Assembly (NCBI GenBank): GCA_965243115.1
Contig: CBDEUD010000003.1
Location: 3,707,967 to 3,771,966 of the forward strand
Source: Gammaproteobacteria bacterium
GTDB lineage: Bacteria; Pseudomonadota; Gammaproteobacteria; Eutrophobiales; Eutrophobiaceae
DNA length: 64,000 nucleotides
Direction: 5' to 3'
This document shows, piece by piece, positions 50,908 through 59,637 of this stretch; the stretch's first letter is position 1; every line of letters starts with the position of its first letter. Below the pieces are notes generated by a model, which did no database searches, was not told where the DNA came from, and saw nothing but the letters and a program-made list of their open reading frames with translations. The translations under genes and the position numbers were made by a program.

Positions 50908-51992
50908 TGGCCGTCCTCCCGCGCCGCCCTTGCTCCATGGTCGGAAACGCCTGCCTCTGCGAAGGTAGCCATCCCGGCAAGACAGGCTGCGGCGCCCTCG
51001 ATAACCGGCATGGCCAGCACCGCGCCGGTCCCTTCGCCCAGCCTCATGCCCAGGTCCAGCAACGGGCGCAATTTCAGGTGGGAGAGCACGGCGCGATGGC
51101 CTTTTTCCGCAGACCGGTGTGAGGCGACCAGGTAATCCCGTGCGTGTAGAGACAGGGAGCAGGCGATGAGCGCGGCCGCGGCCGAGATGAAACCGTCCAG
51201 TACCACCACGCGCCGCATCATTGCGCCGCCCAGGACAAGACCTGCCAGGACTCCAATCTCAAAGCCGCCCACTTTCGCCAGTACATCCACGGGATCTCCC
51301 GGGACAGGCTTGTTGACCTCCAGGGCCTGGCGCACTATCGCCGTCTTGTGCGTCAGTTCCACCGGTGTGCGTCCGGTGCCCCTGCCCGTTGCAGCCGCGG
51401 GCGTCGCGCCGGTCAGCGCGGCTACGATCGCGCTGGATGGCGTGGTATTGCCGATGCCCATGTCTCCTGTCCCGATGAGGTCGGAGCCAGCATCGGCAGC
51501 CTCCACGGCAAGGTCGATGCCGGCGCTGATGCACTGTTCCGCCTGTGTCCGCGACATCGCCGGCCCCTGCGAAATATCACCCGTAATTGTGCCGATGCGC
51601 AACGTCCTGATCTCGGGTGAAGGGGGCAGTTCACCGGCAACGCCGGCGTCGACGATGATCCGGCGCACGCCCAGGTGCCGGGTCAGCACGCTGATGGCGG
51701 CGCCCCCGGCCAGGAAGTTGCGCACCATCTGGTTGGTGACTTCCTGCGGGTAGCCGCTGATGCCCCGGGCAACGACACCGTGGTCGGCGGCGGCGATTAC
51801 GACAGTCCTGCCGCGCAGTTCCGGCCTGTCCGTGCCGAAGATCCCGGCCAACTGTACGGAGATGTCTTCCAGGCGGCCGAGGCTGCCGGGGGGTTTGGTG
51901 AGGCTGCGTTGCCTGGCGCGCGCACGGCGTTTTGCTGCGGTATCTGCCGGGCGGATTTTATCCAGTGCCCCGGATAACCTGGTAACGCTCAT
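50904..51992 (-). CDS. cobT: Nicotinate-nucleotide-dimethylbenzimidazole phosphoribosyltransferase
   Basis: LTKPPGSLGRLE, AADHGV, GDMGIGNTT, GGFEI, MRLGEGTGA motifs. Confidence 0.95.
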   Translation of the reverse strand: MSVTRLSGALDKIRPADTAAKRRARARQRSLTKPPGSLGRLEDISVQLAGIFGTDRPELRGRTVVIAAADHGVVARGISGYPQEVTNQMVRNFLAGGAAISVLTRHLGVRRIIVDAGVAGELPPSPEIRTLRIGTITGDISQGPAMSRTQAEQCISAGIDLAVEAADAGSDLIGTGDMGIGNTTPSSAIVAALTGATPAAATGRGTGRTPVELTHKTAIVRQALEVNKPVPGDPVDVLAKVGGFEIGVLAGLVLGGAMMRRVVVLDGFISAAAALIACSLSLHARDYLVASHRSAEKGHRAVLSHLKLRPLLDLGMRLGEGTGAVLAMPVIEGAAACLAGMATFAEAGVSDHGARAAREDGQ

Positions 51993-52034
51993 GGAGATGT
52001 TCCAGCCGGCTGCAAGACCGGGTAATGAAGCCTG

Positions 52035-52445
52035 TCAGGCCTGATTTTCCTTGGGCCTCACGTAGAGCACCAGGCTATGGTCCTGCAGTTCGTAACCGTG
52101 TCGTTCCGCTATCTCCTTTTGCAGTTTTTCGATCTCCTCATTTTCGAATTCGATGACTTTACCGGTCTTGATGCAGACCATGTGGTCATGGTGCTTGCCG
52201 CGATCCAGTTCAAATACGGAATGGCCTGAATCGAAATGATGACGAATTACAAGTCCGGCGCCCTCGAACTGGGTGAGCACCCGGTAGACCGTGGCCAGAC
52301 CAACGTCTTCACCGGCATCGAGCAGGGCTTTGTAGACGTCTTCGGCACTCACGTGCTTTGTTGCCGACGCCTCCAGGATTTCCAGTATGCGGATGCGCGG
52401 CAGTGTCGCTTTCAAACCCGCTTCTTTTAGAGACCTGCTGTCCAT
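52035..52445 (-). CDS. fur: Ferric uptake regulator
   Basis: GLKATLPR, GLATVYRVL, HHDHM; divergent from bamE. Confidence 0.96.
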   Translation of the reverse strand: MDSRSLKEAGLKATLPRIRILEILEASATKHVSAEDVYKALLDAGEDVGLATVYRVLTQFEGAGLVIRHHFDSGHSVFELDRGKHHDHMVCIKTGKVIEFENEEIEKLQKEIAERHGYELQDHSLVLYVRPKENQA

Positions 52446-52580
52446 ACGGTATTTCCTGCCTGTAATATATTAAACCTGATAACACCCTCAGAGTTGAGTA
52501 TACTGCATGTCGGTGAAAATGTCGTAAATTCCGGGCCGGATGCTCCGTTGTCCGGAAAATTAACGGAACCTGATATTGAG

Positions 52581-53129
52581 ATGATACGCCTGATGAGATT
52601 TTTGCTGCCAGCACTTGCGCTTTGCCTCGTTGCATGCAGCCACGAAGGAGCCTTCAAGCTGCCGGGAGTTTACCGGATTGACATACAGCAGGGCAGTATT
52701 GTCGACAACGAAATGCTGGCGCGTCTGAAACCGGGTATGGATAAGAACCAGGTGCAGTTCATCATGGGAACACCGCCGTTAATCGACCCTTTTCATACCA
52801 ACCGCTGGGAGTATGTCTATACCTTTTCCAAGGGTGGCCGCCAGCGCAAACAGCGTCATATCACGTTGCATTTCGAGGATGACAGACTGGCCTACATCGA
52901 CGGCGACGTCGTCTCGGGACTTGAAAGACCCGAGGAGATAACGAGCAAAACCACAACCATCGTTGACGTGCCCATAAAGAAATACAAGCGGCGGGGCTTC
53001 TTCAGCAAATTGTTCGACAAACTGCCGTTTACCGGCGACGACGCCGAGGCGGAACCGCCCGAACAGGCGCAAAGCCAGGATACTGCGGAACCCGACACCC
53101 AGGTGGATGAAGGCCTGTCAGGTCCCTGA
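52581..53129 (+). CDS. bamE: Outer membrane protein assembly lipoprotein BamE
   Basis: Lipobox LVAC, YRIDIQQG, GM.K.QV.FIMGTP..DPFH..RWEY. Start at 52581 or 52593. Confidence 0.92.
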   Translation: MIRLMRFLLPALALCLVACSHEGAFKLPGVYRIDIQQGSIVDNEMLARLKPGMDKNQVQFIMGTPPLIDPFHTNRWEYVYTFSKGGRQRKQRHITLHFEDDRLAYIDGDVVSGLERPEEITSKTTTIVDVPIKKYKRRGFFSKLFDKLPFTGDDAEAEPPEQAQSQDTAEPDTQVDEGLSGP

Positions 53130-53152
53130 TTGATTCATCTGCGAATAAATAA

Positions 53153-53968
53153 TCACGCAGGGAAATAGAAGCTGCGGTCCCCGCTTGACAATTCGTGCAC
53201 GGGATGCTGGTAGAGGTCTTCCAGGTTGGCCTTGTTTATTACCGCTGCGACCTCGCCGCAGAGCATCTGCTGAGCGCCCGGCATCAGGATTGCGTGACTG
53301 CAATACCGGCTGATCAGGTTAACGTCGTGCAGTACCATCAACAGGGCGCCGTTCCTTTGCCCGACGCGCTGCCTTATCAGTTCAAGGACTTGTATCTGGT
53401 GGTGAAAGTCAAGGTGGTTGGTCGGTTCATCCAGCAGCCATAGCCCCGGGTCCTGCAGCAACAGGGTGGCAATCGCCAGGCGGCGCCGTTCCCCGCCCGA
53501 CAAGGTGTCCACCTGCCGGTCCTGCATCTGCGCAAGGTTCAATTGCGCCAGGGCCGCGTCCGCCAGGGCAATATCCTCGCGCTGTCCCGGCGGCCAGAAC
53601 GTCTGGTAGGGATACCTCCCCGTCAACACGGTTTCCTTGACCGTCGCCGGAAACGTATCCTGGCTGTCCTGGAACAATACGCCGACCTTCCGCGCCAGGT
53701 GCAGGCGTTTGTAATTCTGCAGGTCGACCGCATCCACCATGATACGGCCGCTGACCGGTGTTCTCAACCCGGCCAGGGTATGCAACAGGCTGGTTTTCCC
53801 GACGCCGTTGCCGCCCAGTATCCCCCAGTACTCCCCTGACCTGATTGTCAGGCTGAAATCCCGGCAGATCGGTTTCGCCCCGGCGCGTACGGTTAAACCT
53901 TCAGCGCTCAAGGTAACCGCCTTCCCTGATCCGCCGGTCCGGTTCGTGTTGCGGGTTGCCGGGTTCAT
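53153..53968 (-). CDS. ABC transporter ATPase, BtuD/FecE family (probable cobalamin import)
   Basis: GGNGVGKT, LSGGE, LLDEPTNHLD, VLHD motifs; overlaps the permease gene. Confidence 0.85.
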   Translation of the reverse strand: MNPATRNTNRTGGSGKAVTLSAEGLTVRAGAKPICRDFSLTIRSGEYWGILGGNGVGKTSLLHTLAGLRTPVSGRIMVDAVDLQNYKRLHLARKVGVLFQDSQDTFPATVKETVLTGRYPYQTFWPPGQREDIALADAALAQLNLAQMQDRQVDTLSGGERRRLAIATLLLQDPGLWLLDEPTNHLDFHHQIQVLELIRQRVGQRNGALLMVLHDVNLISRYCSHAILMPGAQQMLCGEVAAVINKANLEDLYQHPVHELSSGDRSFYFPA

Positions 53969-54984
53969 GGTCTTTGCCTGGCGCCGGTGGATTGCAGCAA
54001 CAGGAGAAAGACAGGCACGCCGATCAGCGCCGTCAGGACACCCACGGGCAGTTGCCTGGGTTCCAGCAGGGTGCGCGCCAGCATATCGGCGAACACGAGG
54101 AGAATTCCCCCGGCGAACACGGAAGCAGGCAGCAGCAGGCGGTTATCGTTGCCGATCAGCAACCTGACCGCATGGGGAATGATTAAACCGATAAAACCTA
54201 TACTCCCGGCCTGTATGACTGCCGCCGCCGTCAATATGGAGGCCAGAAAATAAATGAGTATCCGCAACCGGTTGACGGAAACGCCAAGCGCCGCAGCCTG
54301 CAAATCCCCGATCGCGAGCAGGTTCAAGGCCCGGGAGTAATACATTGCCAGGATGACGGCCAGTATCAATACCAGGAAATACCGGCCGCCGGGCTGGCTG
54401 AAGCTGAGGTCGCCCATCAGCCAGAACAACATATTGTGCAGCTTGGCAGCCGGACTGATCGCCAGGAGAAAACTGATCAGCGCGCCCCAGCCGGCCGCGA
54501 TGACGACACCTGTCAGGAGCACCTTCAGGGGGTTCCAGCCTGCGCCTGAGCCGGTGAATACAAACACCATAAACATGGTCAGCAGCGCGCCGAAGCAGGC
54601 GCCGAAGGTAAGCCATACCCCGGCGAGTCCCATGCTGATAGCCAGCAGCGCAAACACGGAGGCGCCGCCGGATATGCCCAGGATATACGGCTCCGCCAGC
54701 GGGTTGCGCAACAGTATCTGCATCAACGCGCCTGCCAGCGCCAGCATCCCGCCGACGACGAAACCGGCAGTGACCCTGGGCAGACGCAGGTCCATGATTA
54801 TCTGGGAATTGATCCCCGGCGGCTGCCTTACCAGGATATCGACGACTTCCCGAAGCGGTACCGTTACGGAACCGCTGGCCAGTGCCGCCAGTCCCGTGAA
54901 CACGGCAATCACGGCCAGGACGGTGAACAGCATTACCACCTTGTAGCGGGGAGCCGAGTGCAGGTTGATATTGAGCAACGCCAC
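53965..54984 (-). CDS. ABC transporter permease, BtuC/FecCD family (probable cobalamin import)
   Basis: LRLPR, RNPLAEPYILGISGGA, IGFIGLIIPH, QLPVGVLTALIG motifs. Confidence 0.88.
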   Translation of the reverse strand: MALLNINLHSAPRYKVVMLFTVLAVIAVFTGLAALASGSVTVPLREVVDILVRQPPGINSQIIMDLRLPRVTAGFVVGGMLALAGALMQILLRNPLAEPYILGISGGASVFALLAISMGLAGVWLTFGACFGALLTMFMVFVFTGSGAGWNPLKVLLTGVVIAAGWGALISFLLAISPAAKLHNMLFWLMGDLSFSQPGGRYFLVLILAVILAMYYSRALNLLAIGDLQAAALGVSVNRLRILIYFLASILTAAAVIQAGSIGFIGLIIPHAVRLLIGNDNRLLLPASVFAGGILLVFADMLARTLLEPRQLPVGVLTALIGVPVFLLLLQSTGARQRP

Positions 54985-54995
54985 GGAAAGCCCGC

Positions 54996-55301
54996 TCAGC
55001 CTTTCGTTGTTCCGGCGCGGCGGCGGCGCGCCTCTTTCGGGTCCACCTTTAACGGCTGATAAATCTCTATGCGGTCACCGGCGCGCACCGGTTCGTGTAA
55101 CCCCCTTTTCCTGCTGAATACTCCGATTTCATTCTTGTCCAGGTCTATTTCCCGGTGTATATCCAGGATACCTGATTGTTCGATAGCCTGTCTCAGTGTC
55201 GCGTTGATCGCGACTTTCCGCCTGATTACCTGCGCACCGGTCCTGCCATAGACTATCTCGACCTCGACCTGGGGCACAGTGCCGGGATCAGCCCCCGCCA
55301 T
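54996..55301 (-). CDS. rnfH: RnfH/RatB (ubiquitin-like) protein
   Basis: AIEQSGI..IGVFS..GDRIEIYQPL.VDPKEARRRRA; downstream of ratA. Confidence 0.9.
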   Translation of the reverse strand: MAGADPGTVPQVEVEIVYGRTGAQVIRRKVAINATLRQAIEQSGILDIHREIDLDKNEIGVFSRKRGLHEPVRAGDRIEIYQPLKVDPKEARRRRAGTTKG

Positions 55302-55725
55302 ATAGCTGCTCCGCCCGGTTCCTGAATGCATCGACTGAAGAATAGGTCAGCCGCCCGAATGCCTTGTCCAACGCCAGCTTGAGGACCCTGTTGTTAAACT
55401 CAAAGTCCAGGTTGAGACTTACCCGGCACTGTTTGCCGGCGAAGTCGTCGAAGCGCCAGGCCCCGCGGAGTTGCCGCAACGGCCCCCTGACCAGTTCCAT
55501 GTCAATGCGCCTGCCCGGTTGCAGGGTATTCCTTGTCGTTACCGATTGCCGCAGCCCGCCCAGGGACAGGGTCATCGTCGCTACCAGGTGGTTTTCATCG
55601 ATGCCTTCCACTTCGGCAGCGCTGCACCAGGGCAGAAACCCGGGGTAGGATTCAACGTCGTTCACAAGCGCATACATCTGATCGGACGTGAATGGTACGA
55701 TGGCTGTCCTGTTTACCTGGCCCAC
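55288..55725 (-). CDS. ratA: RatA/PasT (Coq10/START-like) protein
   Basis: MYALVNDVESYPGFLPWC, GPL.QL.G.W.F, VDAF..RAEQLYG motifs. Confidence 0.92.
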   Translation of the reverse strand: MGQVNRTAIVPFTSDQMYALVNDVESYPGFLPWCSAAEVEGIDENHLVATMTLSLGGLRQSVTTRNTLQPGRRIDMELVRGPLRQLRGAWRFDDFAGKQCRVSLNLDFEFNNRVLKLALDKAFGRLTYSSVDAFRNRAEQLYGGG

Positions 55726-55726
55726 A

Positions 55727-57094
55727 TCAACCCAGAAATCCGAAGAATTCCTGCAACAGGATCAAGATCACCCCGGCCGGAGCGATAAACATGGCCCCCA
55801 CTTTCCAGGCCAGGTATGCGTGCCGGCTCAATCCCAGTTCGGCAAACGACGAGGAGCGGGCCATGAACCAGGCGGCGAACAAGGAGATCAACAACCCCCC
55901 TACCGGCAGCATGATGTTGACCGACAGGTGTTCCATCAGGCTGAAGAAAGTCATCCCGAAAAACTTTACTTCGGACCAGAGGTTCAGTGACAGCAGGGAG
56001 CCCAGTCCCAGTATCCAGGCAAAGGTCCCGGACCAGATTGCCGCCTTCATCCTGGTAAAACCCGTCTTTTCCACCAGCCAGGCGGTGATGGGTTCGAGTA
56101 TGGACAGGGCCGAGGTCCAGGCGGCGAACATCAGCAGGGTGAAGAAAACCACGGCCAGGACACGCCCGTAAGCCATCTGGCCGAACGCTATCGGCAGTAT
56201 CTTGAATATCAGCCCCGGCCCGCCTTCTTCGGGCTGCAGGCCGAACGTGAACGTGATGGGAAATATGGCAAGGCCGGCCAGCAGCGCTACACCGGTATCC
56301 ATCCCCACTATGGTTACAGACGTACCCGGGATGGATGCGCGCCCGGACAGGTACGACCCGTACGTCATGATGGCGCCCATACCCAGGCTCAAGCTGAAAA
56401 ATGCCTGGCCTAATGCAACCAGGATCGTGGAGGGCCCGACCTGGCTGAAATCGGGCTTGAACAGGTATGTGACGGCCTGTGAAAAACCCGTGGTGGTCAT
56501 GGAATAAAGCACCAGGAACAACAACAGCAGGAACAGCGCCGGCATGAGGTAACGCACCGCCTGCTCCAGTCCTTGTTTTACACCCCTCGAGATGACGAAC
56601 ACCGTCATGATCATGAAAATGGTGTGCCACGCCAGCAGGCGCTCCGGGTCCGATACCAGTGCGGTAAAAATGTCCTGTGTCTGCTGTGCGCCGGCCTGGG
56701 TAAACATCCCCGACACGGCGCGTACGATGTACGCCAGTGTCCAGCCTGCAACCACGCTGTAAAACGTCAGGATAAAGAACCCGGCAAACACTCCCATCAC
56801 ACCCACCAGGCGCCAGTGCCGGTTGCGTCCTTCCTCCTCGGCCAGGATCTCCATGGTATGGATGGGGCTGCGGCGCCCGCGCCGCCCCAGCATGATCTCG
56901 GACATCATGATAGGCAGACCTACCAGGACAATACAGACCAGGTAGATCAGTACAAAAGCGCCGCCGCCGTGTTCCGCGGTGATATACGGAAACCTCCAGA
57001 TATTGCCCAGGCCAACGGCGGAACCGGTAGCCGCCAGGATGAATATCCACCTTGACGACCACTGGCCATGAATTGAAGTTCGATCAGTTGCCAT
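55727..57094 (-). CDS. Sodium-dependent transporter, neurotransmitter:sodium symporter (NSS/SNF, LeuT-like) family
   Basis: WSSR..FILAATGSAVGLGNIWRFPY, GQAFFSLSLG.G, GPGLIF motifs; about 11-12 TM helices. Confidence 0.93.
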   Translation of the reverse strand: MATDRTSIHGQWSSRWIFILAATGSAVGLGNIWRFPYITAEHGGGAFVLIYLVCIVLVGLPIMMSEIMLGRRGRRSPIHTMEILAEEEGRNRHWRLVGVMGVFAGFFILTFYSVVAGWTLAYIVRAVSGMFTQAGAQQTQDIFTALVSDPERLLAWHTIFMIMTVFVISRGVKQGLEQAVRYLMPALFLLLLFLVLYSMTTTGFSQAVTYLFKPDFSQVGPSTILVALGQAFFSLSLGMGAIMTYGSYLSGRASIPGTSVTIVGMDTGVALLAGLAIFPITFTFGLQPEEGGPGLIFKILPIAFGQMAYGRVLAVVFFTLLMFAAWTSALSILEPITAWLVEKTGFTRMKAAIWSGTFAWILGLGSLLSLNLWSEVKFFGMTFFSLMEHLSVNIMLPVGGLLISLFAAWFMARSSSFAELGLSRHAYLAWKVGAMFIAPAGVILILLQEFFGFLG

Positions 57095-57173
57095 GCCCAT
57101 CCCCTTTTTGTTACCGATTGTGCTGGAATTCCCAGGTTGTTACAAGTTTGAAATAGCCATGACAATTTATTTA

Positions 57174-57197
57174 TGGATTCCCGCTTCCGCAGGAACG
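57174..57197. repeat. Degenerate GGATTCCCGC..GCGGGAAT-type palindromic repeat (CGTC/dRS3-like REP)
   Basis: TGGATTCCCGCTTCCGCAGGAACG resembles the widespread ATTCCC-N8-GGGAAT hairpin; single degenerate copy. Confidence 0.5.
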
Positions 57198-57200
57198 GTA

Positions 57201-57340
57201 AATTCAGGACAACCATAAATTTCGGCGTTGATGCCTGAATTCAGAGGTGAATTCAGGGCACCCATGAATTTATTCATCCCCAAAATTTATGGTTGTCCTG
57301 AATTTGGCTCATCCTCCGAAATTTATGGTTGTCCTGAATT
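57201..57340. repeat. Nested inverted-repeat cluster (four arms of AATTCAGGACAACCATAAATTT)
   Basis: Arms 57201-57225 and 57316-57340 are perfect 25-bp inverses; a degenerate inner pair lies at 57250-57271 and 57283-57305. Confidence 0.85.
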
Positions 57341-57407
57341 GGAGAGGAAAATTCAGCATATTCACGAAATGTTATACTCGGGGTGAATACGTCCTGCATG
57401 ATTACTG

Positions 57408-57881
57408 GTGTCGCAGAAGAAAAGTAAAATCCCGGAAAATACGATCGCGCGTAATAAAAAGGCGCGCTTTGAATATTATATTGAAGACAAATTCGAGGCC
57501 GGCCTGGTCCTGCAGGGGTGGGAGGTGAAAAGCCTGCGCGCCGGTAAAATCCAGATCAACGACAGCTATATCCTGCTGAAGGAAAAAGAGGCTTTCCTGT
57601 TCGGCGCCCTGATTACACCGTTGCCGACGGCTTCCACGCATATCAGGCCCGACCCGCAACGCACCCGCAAATTGTTGCTGAACCGGGCCGAGATAGACCG
57701 CCTGGCCAGCGCGGTTGAACGGCAGGGCTATACCGTGATCCCGTTAACGATGTACTGGAAAAACGGCCGGGCCAAGCTGGCAATCGGCGTGGCCAAGGGG
57801 AAAAAAACCCACGATAAGCGCCGGACGGAAAGGGACCGTGACTGGCAACTGCAAAAAGAGCGCCTGATGAAAAGCCGGTAA
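57408..57881 (+). CDS. smpB: SsrA-binding protein SmpB
   Basis: [41 protein letters not shown] motifs. Confidence 0.98.
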   Translation: MSQKKSKIPENTIARNKKARFEYYIEDKFEAGLVLQGWEVKSLRAGKIQINDSYILLKEKEAFLFGALITPLPTASTHIRPDPQRTRKLLLNRAEIDRLASAVERQGYTVIPLTMYWKNGRAKLAIGVAKGKKTHDKRRTERDRDWQLQKERLMKSR

Positions 57882-57888
57882 AAATCAA

Positions 57889-57980
57889 TGGGGTCAAATA
57901 TTTGGGGTCAGAGTAAAAATACACATTTTTGAAACAACAACCCCTCTCAGGTTGAATGTATTTTTACTCTGACCCCAAAT
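57889..57980. repeat. GGGGTCAG-ended inverted-repeat element with an extra truncated outer arm
   Basis: Perfect 24-bp arms ATTTGGGGTCAGAGTAAAAATACA (57900-57923) and its reverse complement (57957-57980); partial TGGGGTCA at 57889. Confidence 0.85.
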
Positions 57981-57994
57981 TGGCAGGTATTTAA

Positions 57995-58023
57995 TTCTGT
58001 GGCCTCTGTACCCTCTGTGGCTA
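57995..58023. repeat. Half-element triad of 9-bp-period CTCTGT units
   Basis: TTCTGTGGC-CTCTGTACC-CTCTGTGGCTA; same triad design as the element at 45989. Confidence 0.55.
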
Positions 58024-58034
58024 AAATCAATAGA

Positions 58035-58934
58035 CTAGCCTGAGCTCTTTTTCCTGGCTCGGGGGTGGGCCTGGTCGTATACGCTTGCCAGGTGCTGGAA
58101 ATCCAGGTTGGTATAGATTTGCGTGGTGCTGATATCGGCATGTCCCAGTAATTCCTGCACTGCCCTGAGGTCGCCGCTGGATTCGAGCAGGTGGGTGGCG
58201 AATGAGTGACGCAACATGTGCGGGTGCACCGGGGTGTCCAGGCCCTGTTTCACCGCCCAATCGCGCAGGCGTTGCTGGACGGACCGGGCGCTGATGCGCC
58301 GGCCCCGGGCGCTGACGAATAACGCGGTCTCGTCCGGCGCGGCCAGCTGCGACCTTACCTTCAACCAGGCGCTGACTGCCTCCAGGGCATATTTACCTAC
58401 CGGTAAGTTGCGGGTTTTGTTTCCCTTTCCAACCACGGTGACCAGTCCGTCCTGGACATCGATGCTGTACAGGTCCAACCCGACACATTCCGCCAGCCGC
58501 AGCCCCGACGAATAGATCAACTCCAGGATGGCCCTGTCGCGGATGGTCAATACGTCGTCCCCCTTGATCTCGACCAGCCGGGCTGACTGTTCCGTGTCCA
58601 GTGTTTCCGGCAATCTCTTTGCTACCCTGGGTGTCGTGATCCCTTCAGCCGGGTTCTGTGTTACCTCGCCCCGGTTCAACAGGTACCGGTAAAATGCCCT
58701 GATCGATGACAGGTTGCGGCGCAGACTCCGCCCGCCTATCCCCCGCCTGTGTCTTTGCGTTATATAGCCGCGTATCTGGCGGCCGTCCAGGTCCTGCCAT
58801 TGGTTCACCTCGAGTTGCTCGCAGTAATCCAGGAACACCGCAAGATCGCCGGCATAAGCCTTGCGCGTATGGCCTGAGAGGTGGTGCAGGGTCCCCAGGA
58901 ACGCTTCGATCTTGGCGGTTTCGGATTCCTGCAC
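58035..58934 (-). CDS. xerC: Tyrosine recombinase XerC
   Basis: RDRAILELIYSSGLR, GKGNK.R, HPHMLRHSFATHLLE, LLGHA..STTQIYT; in the dapF-DUF484-xerC operon. Confidence 0.95.
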   Translation of the reverse strand: MQESETAKIEAFLGTLHHLSGHTRKAYAGDLAVFLDYCEQLEVNQWQDLDGRQIRGYITQRHRRGIGGRSLRRNLSSIRAFYRYLLNRGEVTQNPAEGITTPRVAKRLPETLDTEQSARLVEIKGDDVLTIRDRAILELIYSSGLRLAECVGLDLYSIDVQDGLVTVVGKGNKTRNLPVGKYALEAVSAWLKVRSQLAAPDETALFVSARGRRISARSVQQRLRDWAVKQGLDTPVHPHMLRHSFATHLLESSGDLRAVQELLGHADISTTQIYTNLDFQHLASVYDQAHPRARKKSSG

Positions 58935-58935
58935 G

Positions 58936-59637
58936 CTAATCGGCTATCCAGGGCTTGAGGATGAAGCTGAGCACTTCGCCCATATTTGCCAGCAACTCGA
59001 CCCCCATGCCCTTCTGGAAGCGGTCCGGGTCGCTGCTGCCTATTGCCATTACGCCACCCCAGTTGCTGCCGCGCAAGGGGACCAGGACCACGGATGTGAT
59101 TTCAGCGCCGTCGGGACCGAACAAAAATGCCTGTTGTTCCGCATCCGGCGCCCCTATGGTCGGCAGACGTTTCTCAATCAACGTCTCGAACAACCCGGCC
59201 GCCTCTGCTCCGTTCCCGGCAAACTCGGCCATGGTGAGAAACTCCGGTCCTGCCGGCTGCGCAAACAACCTTATTGCCACCGTTTCAGCCCTGAAATTCC
59301 GCTTCAGGTTTTCGTAGAGGGTCTTGAATATCTCCTCAGGATCAGCCGCATCTATCAGGGTCAGCACCAGGTGGTGCATACGGTGCGCCAGGTCTTCATT
59401 CAACTTGGCTATTTCAATCAATTCATGCAGCCGTTTGCGGGCCTGTTCGTTCTGCTCCCGCAGCACCTTGACCTGTTTCTCCACCAGGGAGACAGCCTCT
59501 CCGGACCGGTGCGGTATGGACAGTTCAGCCAGGAGTTCCGGCCGGGTGAGAAAGAAATCCGGGGTCTTGCGCAGATAGTTTTCAACGTCTTCGGCTGTCA
59601 GGGCAGAACCTTCCGATATTTTTTCTGTCATGTTCAT
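58936..59637 (-). CDS. DUF484 (YigA) family protein
   Basis: YL...PDFF, AVSLVEKQV..LR, AIGS.DP.RF..GMG motifs; located between dapF and xerC. Confidence 0.9.
   Translation of the reverse strand: MNMTEKISEGSALTAEDVENYLRKTPDFFLTRPELLAELSIPHRSGEAVSLVEKQVKVLREQNEQARKRLHELIEIAKLNEDLAHRMHHLVLTLIDAADPEEIFKTLYENLKRNFRAETVAIRLFAQPAGPEFLTMAEFAGNGAEAAGLFETLIEKRLPTIGAPDAEQQAFLFGPDGAEITSVVLVPLRGSNWGGVMAIGSSDPDRFQKGMGVELLANMGEVLSFILKPWIAD

Noticed and set aside
54996-55725. ratA/ratB as a toxin-antitoxin defence system
   Set aside because: Conserved core pair; RatA is a Coq10-like ubiquinone-binding protein.
55713-57062. 449-aa same-strand alternative-frame ORF over the NSS transporter
   Set aside because: Arg/Gly/His-rich off-frame reading; the other frame has the clear family motifs.
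57201-57340. Repeat cluster as a CRISPR array
   Set aside because: Arms occur in both orientations with irregular short spacers, there are only four units, and no cas genes are present.
57882-58034. tmRNA (ssrA) downstream of smpB
   Set aside because: Only about 150 bp, filled by repeats; no tRNA-like ends or tag reading frame.
58035-58934. Tyrosine recombinase as an island integrase or invertase
   Set aside because: Sequence and dapF-DUF484 context identify it as housekeeping XerC.
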